The notes below the pieces were generated by a model, which made no database searches, was not told the origin of the DNA, and saw only the letters and a program-made list of their open reading frames with translations. This document shows positions 38,987 to 49,290 of a stretch of DNA of 64,000 nt, piece after piece. A program made the translations under genes and the position numbers. Position 1 is the stretch's first letter. The number at the start of each line of letters is the position of its first letter. The stretch comes from an uncultured bacterium (lineage in GTDB: Bacteria > Desulfobacterota_D > UBA1144 > Nemesobacterales > UBA2774), in the NCBI GenBank assembly GCA_963705505.1, contig CAVPJU010000006.1, positions 96,001 through 160,000 of the forward strand, written 5' to 3'.

Positions 38987-40219
38987 CTAAAAAAACTCCT
39001 GAAACCAGTTTTTCATACTATCAAAAATTTTTTTAAAAACATTTTCATCCCGGATACGTAATTTTTTATCCCCTTTGTACTCGCAGCCGTAGAGCACAAG
39101 ACCCACTCCTGTCGAATAAACGGGGTTGGCAATAATGTCGGTCAAACCTCCGACATCCGTCGGGACACCCATTCTTACGGGCATTTCCAGAACATTCTCG
39201 GCAAGCTCGACAGTACCGTTCATAATGACGCTCCCCCCGGTTATCACGGCGCCTGCGGGGATGAGGTCTTCAAAACCCGACTTCTTGACCTCCCTTTTCA
39301 CGAGCGCGAATATTTCTTCCATTCGCGGCTCGATGATCATCGCGAGATCCCTTCTCGATATCTTTCTGAAATGTCTCCCGCCTACGCTCGGGACCTCTAT
39401 CGTCTCGTCGGGCGATACCAGGTCGGCAAGCGCGGTGCCGTATTTCTCCTTGATCCTTCTTGCTTCCGCTAGCGGAGTCGATAGTCCGAGGGCTATATCC
39501 CTGTCTATGTTATCTCCGCCGAGGGTAACGTTTTCGGTATATCTGATACTGCCGCCTACGAATATGGCTATATCCGTCGTCCCGCCGCCGCAGTCTATGA
39601 GCACAACGCCTATTTCCTTTTCATCTTCCGTGAGCACCGCCTCGCTCGAAGCGAGCTGCTCGAGTACGATATCGGCGACATCCATGCCGGCCCCGTGAAT
39701 GCATTTAACGAGATTCTGCGCCGCTGTTACCTGGCCCGTGACTATATGCACCTTGGTCTCGAGCTTGATTCCGTAAATACCTACGGGGTCCTTTATCCCG
39801 CTCTGCCCGTCAACCGTATATTCCTGGGGTATGACATGAATGATCTCCCTGTCGGCGGGGATTAACACGGCGTTGGCGGATTCAATCACCCTGTCTATAT
39901 CACGCTTCGCGACTTCGCGTTCCCTGATGGTAATCATTCCGTGTCCGCTTATGCCTTTTATATGACCGCCGGCAATGCCTACGAATACGGTCCTTATTTC
40001 GCATCCCGCCATGTGTTCGGCTTCTTCGACGGCATGCTTAACCGACTGGATAGTATTTTCTATATTTACGACAACACCCCTCTTGAGTCCGTAAGAGGGA
40101 TAAGTGCCAACTCCTATTATTTCGACTTCCCCCGTTTTTGAATTTAACTCGCCCACAATTGCGCATATTTTTGTCGTCCCGATATCGAGCCCTATTATCA
40201 AATCCTGCTCCTTACCCAT
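38987..40219 (-). CDS. ftsA: Cell division protein FtsA
   Basis: GLDIGTTKI, VHIVTG and IDCGGGTTD motifs. Confidence 0.97.
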   Translation of the reverse strand: MGKEQDLIIGLDIGTTKICAIVGELNSKTGEVEIIGVGTYPSYGLKRGVVVNIENTIQSVKHAVEEAEHMAGCEIRTVFVGIAGGHIKGISGHGMITIREREVAKRDIDRVIESANAVLIPADREIIHVIPQEYTVDGQSGIKDPVGIYGIKLETKVHIVTGQVTAAQNLVKCIHGAGMDVADIVLEQLASSEAVLTEDEKEIGVVLIDCGGGTTDIAIFVGGSIRYTENVTLGGDNIDRDIALGLSTPLAEARRIKEKYGTALADLVSPDETIEVPSVGGRHFRKISRRDLAMIIEPRMEEIFALVKREVKKSGFEDLIPAGAVITGGSVIMNGTVELAENVLEMPVRMGVPTDVGGLTDIIANPVYSTGVGLVLYGCEYKGDKKLRIRDENVFKKIFDSMKNWFQEFF

Positions 40220-40967
40220 CCTTAGCTCCCGATTTCACAGCCGGCTGCCTGAAATTCACGACTCCCACGCTGTCAGAAGACACGTTGATATAGGACTCCT
40301 CGAGGCCCAGGGAGTCCGAATATTTAATAATCCGTTCCATCTTGTCCCACTTTTCAACTATTTTGTTTTTATCGAATTCAATGCGCAGGTTATTGTTCGT
40401 AAATACGTTGATTCCGTATACCGAATCGATCTGGATCTCTGATATTTCATCCCATTTCAGCAAGGTGCTGTTTTTAGCCAATTCCAAGATTTCGAGGGCC
40501 TCTTCCAAAAGCTCCGGGTCTCTTATACCATCGCCTATCAGAACCGGAAAATCAAGCCCCAGATCAAAATTTCCGGTGCCCAGCATCCTGCCGGTCCTGC
40601 TCATGTACTGAGGTCTTCCGTCATCCGATAGCACGATGCAGTAAACATCCTCTTCCTCCACTTCTATCGTGACCTTTTTAGGGAACTCCTTGCGCACGGA
40701 CACTCTTTTTATCCAGGGATTTTTGAGTATCTCATCCTCAACCTGTTTCTCGAAAAAGAAGATGCTGCTCTGGCCTCCTCTGAGACCGGACCTTTTGAGT
40801 ATTTCCCTGGCCGTGATCCTTTTGTTCCCCTTTATATCGACATCCTCCACCGTGAACATTCCGAGACGAAGCGACAAGTAGGACGATACAGCGATGAGAG
40901 CCAGTATGAAGAGAACCGACAAAAGGATAATCAGTTTCCGGTAGGGGAACCTCGTATTATCTTCCAA
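40212..40967 (-). CDS. ftsQ: Cell division protein FtsQ/DivIB
   Basis: Single TM helix plus POTRA-like domain (PWIKRVSVRKEFP); located before ftsA. Confidence 0.85.
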   Translation of the reverse strand: MEDNTRFPYRKLIILLSVLFILALIAVSSYLSLRLGMFTVEDVDIKGNKRITAREILKRSGLRGGQSSIFFFEKQVEDEILKNPWIKRVSVRKEFPKKVTIEVEEEDVYCIVLSDDGRPQYMSRTGRMLGTGNFDLGLDFPVLIGDGIRDPELLEEALEILELAKNSTLLKWDEISEIQIDSVYGINVFTNNNLRIEFDKNKIVEKWDKMERIIKYSDSLGLEESYINVSSDSVGVVNFRQPAVKSGAKDG

Positions 40968-41862
40968 CTTTATCCTTCCCTATTATCCTTACCTCTGTTT
41001 CCAGCTTTATTCCTCTCTTGATCAACGCTTCCCTTTTCGCCTTCTCGATAAGCTCGAGCACATCGCTTGCGCTCGCGGCCCCTGCATTGACGATAAAATT
41101 CGCATGGAGCTCTGAGAACCTGGCGCCCCCGATGCCGAAGCCCTTAAAACCGAGCTCGTCAAGAAGCTTCCCGGCAGGGATTTCGGGGGGGTTTTTAAAT
41201 ATCGAACCCGTGTTCGACATTTTTATGGGCTGAGTCCGGTTCCTCTTCTCCATGTATTCTTTTACGCTGCGCTCGATCTCGCGTCTGTTACCAGGCCTGA
41301 GTCCGAATTTCGCCCTCGTTATTACGCTCCCGGGTGGAAGGTAGCTTTTACGGTATTCGAACCTCAATTGCCTTCTATCAAGCTCGATCTCCTCTCCCCC
41401 GAGCCAGACCCACACTGTTTCGAGCGCGTCTTTTATCTCGCCCCCGTTCGCCCCCGCGTTCATAAATATTCCGCCGCCTACTGTACCCGGAATGCCGGCC
41501 GCAAATTCAAAACCGGTAAGACCGGCTTTAATAGTTTTATTGAGTATCGTGCCCAGTACCGCGCCTGTCTCGGCGTATACCTTGTTGTCTTCCGTGATCT
41601 CGATTTTTTTCAACTTCCCTGTGCAGACGACAACCCCTTCTATCCCGGCATCGTAAACGACCGTGTTCGAGCCCGCTCCGAGCACGACCCACGGCACGTC
41701 GGATACCGAGAGCAAGTCCAGTAATTTCTTGAATTGTTCAAGGTTGTTGGGAGTGACCACCATATCCGCAATACCGCCGACGCGCAGAGACGTGTATTTA
41801 TTCATGGGATACTTTTGTTCGATTTCGCAGCCGATAAGACCGATTTCACGCACTAATTTCAT
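40957..41862 (-). CDS. murB: UDP-N-acetylenolpyruvoylglucosamine reductase
   Basis: GAGSN, GIPGTVGG..MNAG, GSIFKNP and HANFIVN motifs. Confidence 0.96.
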   Translation of the reverse strand: MKLVREIGLIGCEIEQKYPMNKYTSLRVGGIADMVVTPNNLEQFKKLLDLLSVSDVPWVVLGAGSNTVVYDAGIEGVVVCTGKLKKIEITEDNKVYAETGAVLGTILNKTIKAGLTGFEFAAGIPGTVGGGIFMNAGANGGEIKDALETVWVWLGGEEIELDRRQLRFEYRKSYLPPGSVITRAKFGLRPGNRREIERSVKEYMEKRNRTQPIKMSNTGSIFKNPPEIPAGKLLDELGFKGFGIGGARFSELHANFIVNAGAASASDVLELIEKAKREALIKRGIKLETEVRIIGKDKVGR

Positions 41863-41869
41863 CCCGTTT

Positions 41870-43240
41870 CTACTGCCCTATTTGCTCCGCAATTTTTTCC
41901 CCGACAGCCCATACGTTGCCGGCCCCTAAAGTAATCACCACATCCCCCGGCCTTACAGCGCTCAGGACCGAGGAGACCAGATTATCGCTCCCGTTCGAGT
42001 AAAACACGTTTTTATGGCCGTGCTCTTTCACGGACTGGTATAAGGATTTCGATGAAACGCCCGGAATGGGCTCTTCCCCGGCGGGATATATGTCCATGAG
42101 GAAGAGGACGTCTATATCGAGGAGCACCTTGGCGAAATCGTCAAAGAGAAGCTTCGTCCTCGTATACCGGTGAGGCTGAAAGATCGCCACTATCCTGCCT
42201 AGCCCGGAGTCCCTCACCGCGTTGATCGTAGCCCTTATCTCGTTCGGATGATGGGCGTAGTCGTCCAGGACGAGAACGTCCCTGCCCCTGCCCTTGATTT
42301 GAAGCCTCCTGTCTATGCCCCTGAACTCACCGAGTCCGTCCCTGATATCGCCGAAGCTCATTCCGAGCTCCATGCCGACCGCGACTGCGGCAAGCGCGTT
42401 CTGCGCGTTATGCCTGCCGGGTACATGGAGGCTGATTTTACCGAGCGGGGAGGAATTGAGTACTACTTCGAATTCGGTATTGAACCCCGAAATCCTGACG
42501 TTCTCCGCCCTCAATTCGGCCTGTGTGTCAAAACCGTACGTAACCGATCTTTTTTCAAATTTATCCGCGATCGCCCTGACCCTCGGACAGTCGATGCAAA
42601 AGACCGAAAGCCCGTAAAAGGGGACCTTGTTTGCAAAGCTCGAAAAAGCGCCTTCCAGCTCCCGGAGGCTCTTGTAATGGTCGAGGTGCTCTTCGTCTAT
42701 GTTCGTGAGCACGGAAATGACGGGAGATAGTAGGAGAAAAGAGCCGTCGCTCTCGTCGGCCTCGACAACCATGAAATTACCCTTGCCGAGGCGCGCGTTC
42801 GTTCCGAGCGTTTTGACCTTGCCCCCCACGACTATAGTCGGATCCAAGCCACCGTGGGAGAGAACGGTCGAAACCATCGAAGTAGTCGTCGTCTTGCCGT
42901 GGCTCCCGGCGACTGCAATGCCGTATCTGAGCCTCATAAGCTCAGCCAGCATCTGCGCCCGGGGGATGACGGGGATGTCGAGGCTCCTCGCCTCAATCAC
43001 CTCGGGATTCCTGTCATTCACAGCGGACGATATGACGATCACACCCGAGCCGTGAACATTCTCACCGCTGTGGCCTACGGATATGGAAGCCCCCAGGTCT
43101 CGCAGCCTCTTTACCGTATCCGAGTCTTTGAGATCGGAGCCCGAGACCGCATAGCCCATATTCAGTAAAACCTCGGCGATGCCGCTCATCCCTATTCCGC
43201 CTATGCCTACGAAATGTATCCTTTTAATTTTTCCGTACAC
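41870..43240 (-). CDS. murC: UDP-N-acetylmuramate--L-alanine ligase
   Basis: GIGGIGMSG, GSHGKTTT, EADESD, DDYAHHP and FQPHRY motifs. Confidence 0.97.
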   Translation of the reverse strand: MYGKIKRIHFVGIGGIGMSGIAEVLLNMGYAVSGSDLKDSDTVKRLRDLGASISVGHSGENVHGSGVIVISSAVNDRNPEVIEARSLDIPVIPRAQMLAELMRLRYGIAVAGSHGKTTTTSMVSTVLSHGGLDPTIVVGGKVKTLGTNARLGKGNFMVVEADESDGSFLLLSPVISVLTNIDEEHLDHYKSLRELEGAFSSFANKVPFYGLSVFCIDCPRVRAIADKFEKRSVTYGFDTQAELRAENVRISGFNTEFEVVLNSSPLGKISLHVPGRHNAQNALAAVAVGMELGMSFGDIRDGLGEFRGIDRRLQIKGRGRDVLVLDDYAHHPNEIRATINAVRDSGLGRIVAIFQPHRYTRTKLLFDDFAKVLLDIDVLFLMDIYPAGEEPIPGVSSKSLYQSVKEHGHKNVFYSNGSDNLVSSVLSAVRPGDVVITLGAGNVWAVGEKIAEQIGQ

Positions 43241-44310
43241 TAACTCTCTCCGGCAAGTCTTGATATTTCATCTACAATCACACTCGCGGCGTCCGGCCTG
43301 CCGAGTCCGAGGGCATTCGATGCCATCGTATTTAGTTTGTCTTTCTGAAGGAGGTTGGTCAATGCCCCGGATAGATTTTCGGGGCCGGCGTCCCTGTCCT
43401 CCATCACTGCAGCAGCGCCTGCGCGCTCAAGCACCTTCGCGTTCTCAAGCTGATGGTTATTCGCCGCATACGGATACGGTATTAAGAGTGAAGGCTTGCC
43501 GAGCGCGGTAATTTCGGAAACCGTGCCCGCTCCCGATCTGCCGATTATAAAATCGGCCTCGCTGTAGGCGCCCGCCATATCGTCAATGAATCGTAGCACG
43601 CGGGCTCTTATGTGATTCCGCTCATAGGCGTTTTTTACAAGCTCGTAATCCTTTTCTCCGGTCTGGTGAATGACTGAAATATCACTCCTCCCCAGTTTCG
43701 CAAGCGCCTCGGGGACGGACCGGTTGAGCTTATGAGCGCCCTGACTCCCGCCGAATACGAGTATGGTTACCGCACCGGAACCTTCTTTTAAACCCCGGGA
43801 CCGCAGTATATCGCCTCTCACCGGGTTTCCTGTAATTACTATCTTCCGATGAGGGAAGAATTTCAGGCTTTCATCGAACGTGGCAAATACCTTGTTGACG
43901 AATTTACCGAGTATGCGGTTAGTGATGCCGGGGTAGCTATTCTGCTCGCAGATTGCCGTGGGGACCCCTCGCAGAGAGGCGGCCAGCACCATAGGTCCCG
44001 AGACATAACCCCCGACCCCTAAAACGACGTCGGGTCCGAACCTCCTTATTACGGATAACGAATCCATGAGGCCTTTAAAAGCGGAAAAAACCGCAGTTAT
44101 ACTTTTTTTCACGCCGCTCCCTTTGATACCCCGAGCGCTTATGTGTTCGACTCTGTAACCCCTCTTCGAGAGCAATTCGTTTTCCAACCCTTTCTTAGTA
44201 CCCACAAAAAGTATTTCGTTTGCCGGGTCTCTCTTTAAGATTTCTTCCGCAACCGAGATTGCCGGAAATATGTGCCCCCCGGTGCCCCCCCCGGCGATAA
44301 TGACCTTCAT
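43240..44310 (-). CDS. murG: Lipid II N-acetylglucosaminyltransferase
   Basis: GGGTGGH, GGY, EQN, GGSQGA and HQLENA motifs. Confidence 0.97.
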   Translation of the reverse strand: MKVIIAGGGTGGHIFPAISVAEEILKRDPANEILFVGTKKGLENELLSKRGYRVEHISARGIKGSGVKKSITAVFSAFKGLMDSLSVIRRFGPDVVLGVGGYVSGPMVLAASLRGVPTAICEQNSYPGITNRILGKFVNKVFATFDESLKFFPHRKIVITGNPVRGDILRSRGLKEGSGAVTILVFGGSQGAHKLNRSVPEALAKLGRSDISVIHQTGEKDYELVKNAYERNHIRARVLRFIDDMAGAYSEADFIIGRSGAGTVSEITALGKPSLLIPYPYAANNHQLENAKVLERAGAAAVMEDRDAGPENLSGALTNLLQKDKLNTMASNALGLGRPDAASVIVDEISRLAGES

Positions 44311-45422
44311 TTTAATCCTGATTTAGAGACGTTGAGGATTACCCCGACGGCGGATAAGCTGGCTATTAAAGATGTTCCGCCGTAGCTGATAAAGGGAAGG
44401 GTGAGCCCTTTCGTAGGGAATAAGCCTACCGCGACAGCCATGTTGATCCCCGCCTGAAGAGTTATGAGAAGGACACATCCGAATACGAGATAACAGCCGA
44501 AGAGATCAGGAGCCCTGAGCGAGACCTTGAGGCTCCTTACAAGAAGCACGACGAAGCCTATAAGCACGAGCACTATTCCGATAAATCCCAATTCCTCGCC
44601 GATTATGGAAAATATGAAGTCAGTATGCGCCTGGGGCAGGAAGAAGAGCTTCTGGGAACTGTCCCCGAGCCCCGTTCCGGAAACCCCTCCCAACGCGAAC
44701 GCTATGAACGACTGTATAGCCTGATAGCCCGAGCCCAGGGGGTCCTGCCACGGGTCGAGAAACGACATTACACGGTTCATCCTGTAGCCCTTCGTGATGA
44801 CGGCAAGACAAAGGAATATGACGGATACGGCGCCCACGGGCAGCAGGTACTTCATCTTGACTTCCCCTATGAATAACATGCCGAAGAGAGTGACGAGCAT
44901 GATCGTCGCAGTCCCGAAATCAGGCTCTAAAAGCACGAGTATCACATAAACTCCCGCAATCAATATGTGGGAGGCGAACCCGACGACGAAGTTGTCGAGC
45001 TTGTCCCTTTTTTTAGTGAGCGAATGAGCAAGGTAGAGGACGAGAATATACTTAGAGAACTCGGAGGGCTGGAAGCTCAGCAGGCCGAGGTCTATCCACC
45101 TTCTCGCGCCGCCCACCTCTTTCCCGATTCCGGGAACGAGCACGGCCACGAGGAGGGCGAGACCGAGCAGATATGCGGGATAAACGAGCTTTCTCAACAG
45201 CCTGTAATCGACCCTCATGAGGACGATCATGCATACGAGTCCGATCGCGAGGTATATCCCGTGACGGATCAGGAAGTAATTAGCGTTCCCGTACATCTCG
45301 AGCGAATATACGGAGCTCGTGCTGTAAACCATCAGAACACCGACCGCCGTCAGAAAAACAGCGGCGACAATAACGCCTATATCGTAGGCCTTTCCTTTTG
45401 CGGAGCTAAATATTTCTAACAA
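44307..45422 (-). CDS. ftsW: SEDS peptidoglycan glycosyltransferase FtsW
   Basis: GARRW, QPSEFSK, EPDFGT, LPQAHTDFI and LPFISYGG motifs; probable TTG start at 45422. Confidence 0.95.
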   Translation of the reverse strand: MLEIFSSAKGKAYDIGVIVAAVFLTAVGVLMVYSTSSVYSLEMYGNANYFLIRHGIYLAIGLVCMIVLMRVDYRLLRKLVYPAYLLGLALLVAVLVPGIGKEVGGARRWIDLGLLSFQPSEFSKYILVLYLAHSLTKKRDKLDNFVVGFASHILIAGVYVILVLLEPDFGTATIMLVTLFGMLFIGEVKMKYLLPVGAVSVIFLCLAVITKGYRMNRVMSFLDPWQDPLGSGYQAIQSFIAFALGGVSGTGLGDSSQKLFFLPQAHTDFIFSIIGEELGFIGIVLVLIGFVVLLVRSLKVSLRAPDLFGCYLVFGCVLLITLQAGINMAVAVGLFPTKGLTLPFISYGGTSLIASLSAVGVILNVSKSGLK

Positions 45423-46734
45423 GTTCTTTGTATCTCCTTCCTCGATCTTCGTAGGACTGAAACATATCAAAACTCGAGCACGCGGGCGAGAAGAGAACCG
45501 TGTCGCCGGGAGCGAGACTCTCAAGCGTCTTTTCCAGAGCTTCCTCGAGGGACCCGGCCAGTGCAGTACCTACCTTTCCGCCTAACTCTTTCTGCATCCT
45601 GAATCTTGACTCGCCTAAAAGCACCATGAACTTAACTTTTTTTTCTATTATCTCCTTGAGAGAAGCGAAGCTCACACCTTTGTCCTTTCCGCCCGCGATG
45701 AGGATTATCGGAGCAGGAAGACTCTCAAGGGCGCGGAGTGTAGCCCCGGGGCTCGTCGACTTGGAATCGTTATAGAACCCGGCGCCCCTTATCTCCCCCA
45801 GGAACTCGTTCCTGTGCGGGAGGGGACTGAATTCGAGCACAGCTTCTTCTATAAGGGCGGGGGCACAGCCGACGGCCCTCGTAGCGGCGATCGCGGCCAT
45901 GATATTCTCGATATTGTGGTAGCCTGCCAGCTTCATCCCCTCAAGCGCGTAAAATTCGTTTCCGTACCTTATCCCGCGCCCGTCATAAGAGAGCCCGTTT
46001 TCGCCGTGACCGGCGCCGAACGGTATCTTCCTCGATCTTATGCCGTGCAAATGTTTTCTTATAATTTCGTCATCGGCCTTATAAATGCAGAGGTCATTTT
46101 CTGTCTGGTTTGAAAAAATCTTCATCTTGGACAGGACGTATTCATCGAAAGTCGAGTGATGATCGAGGTGGTTGGGTGAGATGTTGAGTATAACGGCGAC
46201 GTCCGGACGGAACGATTCTATCCCCTGGAGCTGAAAGCTGCTCAATTCAAGCACGAGGATGTCGTACTTGTCGGAATCATCGGCGATCGTTATAAGCGGC
46301 GTCCCGATATTGGCGCCCAGGAAGACCTTTTTCCCGTTCTTTTCCAGTATGCGCGCTATGAGGGTCGAGGTGGTCGTTTTTCCGTTCGAGCCTGTAACGG
46401 CGATCGAGGGTTTCTTTATGAACCTTGAGGCGAGCTCGACCTCGCTTATCACTTCGATACCGCTCCCCACGGCCTCCCGTACGGGGGGTATGCCGAACGG
46501 AACGCCGGGGCTCAATACTATCGTATCGGCGGAAAGGAACGTCTCCCGCGTATGACCGCCGGATTCCAGCTTCACGCCCCAGGACTCGAGCATCTTTGCC
46601 TGCTCCGCTATCTTCTCAAGCGGGGAGCTGTCGCTTACGGACACGTCCGCCCCTCTCTTCAGCAAGAACTTAACGGTCTCGATACCTGTTTTGCCTACGC
46701 CGACAACGAGCACTTTCCTTCCACCTAACTCCAT
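45406..46734 (-). CDS. murD: UDP-N-acetylmuramoyl-L-alanine--D-glutamate ligase
   Basis: SPG, TGSNGKTT, ELSSFQL, NDSKST and SPACSSFD motifs. Confidence 0.96.
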   Translation of the reverse strand: MELGGRKVLVVGVGKTGIETVKFLLKRGADVSVSDSSPLEKIAEQAKMLESWGVKLESGGHTRETFLSADTIVLSPGVPFGIPPVREAVGSGIEVISEVELASRFIKKPSIAVTGSNGKTTTSTLIARILEKNGKKVFLGANIGTPLITIADDSDKYDILVLELSSFQLQGIESFRPDVAVILNISPNHLDHHSTFDEYVLSKMKIFSNQTENDLCIYKADDEIIRKHLHGIRSRKIPFGAGHGENGLSYDGRGIRYGNEFYALEGMKLAGYHNIENIMAAIAATRAVGCAPALIEEAVLEFSPLPHRNEFLGEIRGAGFYNDSKSTSPGATLRALESLPAPIILIAGGKDKGVSFASLKEIIEKKVKFMVLLGESRFRMQKELGGKVGTALAGSLEEALEKTLESLAPGDTVLFSPACSSFDMFQSYEDRGRRYKELVRNI

Positions 46735-46789
46735 GAGAATTTTATTTTCACCGCCTTTAACGCACGTCAAAAAAATTTAAACGCCTCAT

Positions 46790-47899
46790 TTATCTCAGCT
46801 TCAGTGTCGAGAGAGCGAACAGAGACAGGACAAGAGATATTATCCAGAATCTTATAACAACTTTGGACTCAGACCAGCCGCAGAGCTCGAAATGATGATG
46901 CAGCGGAGCCATCTTGAAGACCCTTTTTCCGGTGAGCTTAAACGACGCGACCTGTATGATTACCGACATCGCCTCCGCTACGAAAACTCCGCCTACAACT
47001 ATCAGGAGAATCTCCTGCTTGATTATGAGCGCAACCGAGCCGATAGCCGCGCCCAGGGACAGGGAGCCCACATCGCCCATAAAGACCTGGGCGGGATGAG
47101 AGTTGTACCATAGAAAACCGAGGCAGGCCCCGCCCACGGCGGCCAGGTAAACCGCGAGCTCTCCGCTCTCCGGTATGTAGGGTATCTGGAGGTACTTTGA
47201 GAACTCCGCATGGCCCGACAAATAGGCCAGGATGATATACGTCGCGGCAGCCACCGCTATAGAGCCGATCGCGAGCCCGTCAAGCCCGTCCGTGAGATTC
47301 ACGCTGTTTGAAGCGCCCACCACAACGATCAGTGCAAATGGAATATAGAGCCAGCCCAGGTTGATTACGGCTTTTTTGAAAAACGGGAAAACAACCGACG
47401 TAAATGAGTAATCGGCAACCTGGTTTGCGCTGAGGGACATTGTAAAACCGTTGAGATCGCTCGTTATCAGGAGCACGAAAAGCACTCCGAAAAAGATTTG
47501 AAGCATCATCTTCTCTCTCGCCTTCATCCCCTTTTTCCTCGAATATTTCAGCCAGTCGTCGAGAAAGCCTATCAAGGCATAGCTAAAAGTAAAAAGGAGC
47601 ACTGACCACACTATCCCGCTCGTCAGATTAAGCCAGAGAAGGGACGAGAAAAAAATTGCCAGCACCATAAACGCCCCGCCCATGGTCGGCGTCCCGGCTT
47701 TGGACTTGTGGGAGGCAGGACCGTCGTCCCGGATATTCTCCCTGAACTGTTTCCTCGTAAGGAAGTCAATAAAAAATCCGCCGAGAACAATGCTGATCAG
47801 GAACGCGGTGACGCCCGCCCCGAAGGAGCGGAACGTGATGTATCTGAATACATTAAATAGTACGAAGTCGCCCTTCATCAAATAAAGAAGGTGAAACAT
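46790..47899 (-). CDS. mraY: Phospho-N-acetylmuramoyl-pentapeptide transferase
   Basis: KAGTPTMGG, NSVNLTDGLDG, FMGDVGS and MAPLHHHFE motifs. Confidence 0.97.
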   Translation of the reverse strand: MFHLLYLMKGDFVLFNVFRYITFRSFGAGVTAFLISIVLGGFFIDFLTRKQFRENIRDDGPASHKSKAGTPTMGGAFMVLAIFFSSLLWLNLTSGIVWSVLLFTFSYALIGFLDDWLKYSRKKGMKAREKMMLQIFFGVLFVLLITSDLNGFTMSLSANQVADYSFTSVVFPFFKKAVINLGWLYIPFALIVVVGASNSVNLTDGLDGLAIGSIAVAAATYIILAYLSGHAEFSKYLQIPYIPESGELAVYLAAVGGACLGFLWYNSHPAQVFMGDVGSLSLGAAIGSVALIIKQEILLIVVGGVFVAEAMSVIIQVASFKLTGKRVFKMAPLHHHFELCGWSESKVVIRFWIISLVLSLFALSTLKLR

Positions 47900-47910
47900 A
47901 TTAATGCTCC

Positions 47911-49275
47911 TTAGACAAGCCTTTTTGTAACCTCTTCCATCCTCATCCCGCGGGAACCCTTTACGAGAACGAGATCGCCGGGCCGCGCAATCTCCATAAT
48001 TGCCTTAGCCGCTTGCTCGTGCGTGTCCGCATAGAAACCTTTCGTTATACTCCCGGCCCCTCTGAGCACGCTCTGCCCGAAATTCCCGAAGGCGATTACA
48101 TAATCGACCCCGGAAGCGGATAAATACTCGCCCAGGCCGAAGTGCTCGCCTTCGCTCTCTTCGCCGAGCTCGAGCATATCCCCGAGGACCGCTATAGCCT
48201 TCCCGTCGGCCTTCAGTCTCATAAGCTCGCCTATCGCGCTCCGCATGGAGTCGGGATTCGCATTGTAGGTATCGTCTATAACCCTGAACCCCGCCCGGCT
48301 TTGCAGCACCTCGAGCCTCATGTGCGGAAGAGTAAGCCTCAGGAGGCCCTCCGTTATCTCATCCTTTTCGCATCCGAACGAAAGCGCGATCCCCGATGCG
48401 CAGAGAGCGTTCATAACGTTATGCATGCCTATCCCGTTTATCCTCACCGGGAATTCCTTCCCCAAGGCTTTCATGCGAAAATTTATTCCCGAGAAGCCGT
48501 CCTGCCCGATGTCCGCTGCAGTCAGATCGGTTCCCCCGGTCTTAATGCCGTATGTGATTTTCCTGCATTTCACATTTTGAGAAATTTTGCAGGTCCGCGG
48601 ATCGTCCGCGTTTACAACAAATACCCTGTCCCCGCTGAACCCTTCTACGAGCTCGCCCTTAGCCTTTGCCACGCCTTCGATCCCGCCGAGTTTTTCGAGA
48701 TGCGCCCTACCTATATTGGTTATCGCACCCGTATCGGGGAGCGCTATCTCCGCGAGCCTTCTGATCTCCCCGAAATCATTCATACCCAGCTCCACAACCG
48801 CCGCCCTGTAGCTGCCGTCCAACCTGAAGAGCGTCAGCGGAAGCCCGATAAGGTTATTAAAATTCCCCGAGTTTTTAAGTGTCCGGTATTTGAGCGAAAT
48901 GATGCTCCAGGCCATCTCCTTTGTTGTGGTTTTGCCGTTCGAGCCCGTTACCGCCGCAAGCTTAAGCTCAGGGAAACTCTTTCTCCATTCGGAAGCGAGG
49001 TCCCCGAGGGCTTTAACAGTGGAGGGGACCTGTATTAATAATTTCCCGTCATTATGCGCATGAGAACTGTCTTCGATAACAGCCCCGCCCGCACCTTTTT
49101 GTAGTGCCTCATCTATGAACTGATGACCGTCGTAGTTATCGCCTTTGAGCGCAAAGAATATTTCTCCCGCGGATATCTTCCGCGAATCGGTGCTGACGCC
49201 CGAGAAATCGTCCAGTTTCCGGCCGGAAATAAGCTTTCCCTTGGTTGAATTGAGAACAAAGTCCAATCCGAGCAT
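47911..49275 (-). CDS. murF: UDP-N-acetylmuramoyl-tripeptide--D-Ala-D-Ala ligase
   Basis: TGSNGKTTTK, NNLIGLPLT, DTYNANP and KGSRG motifs. Confidence 0.96.
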   Translation of the reverse strand: MLGLDFVLNSTKGKLISGRKLDDFSGVSTDSRKISAGEIFFALKGDNYDGHQFIDEALQKGAGGAVIEDSSHAHNDGKLLIQVPSTVKALGDLASEWRKSFPELKLAAVTGSNGKTTTKEMAWSIISLKYRTLKNSGNFNNLIGLPLTLFRLDGSYRAAVVELGMNDFGEIRRLAEIALPDTGAITNIGRAHLEKLGGIEGVAKAKGELVEGFSGDRVFVVNADDPRTCKISQNVKCRKITYGIKTGGTDLTAADIGQDGFSGINFRMKALGKEFPVRINGIGMHNVMNALCASGIALSFGCEKDEITEGLLRLTLPHMRLEVLQSRAGFRVIDDTYNANPDSMRSAIGELMRLKADGKAIAVLGDMLELGEESEGEHFGLGEYLSASGVDYVIAFGNFGQSVLRGAGSITKGFYADTHEQAAKAIMEIARPGDLVLVKGSRGMRMEEVTKRLV

Positions 49276-49290
49276 TTTCTTATCGAAAAA

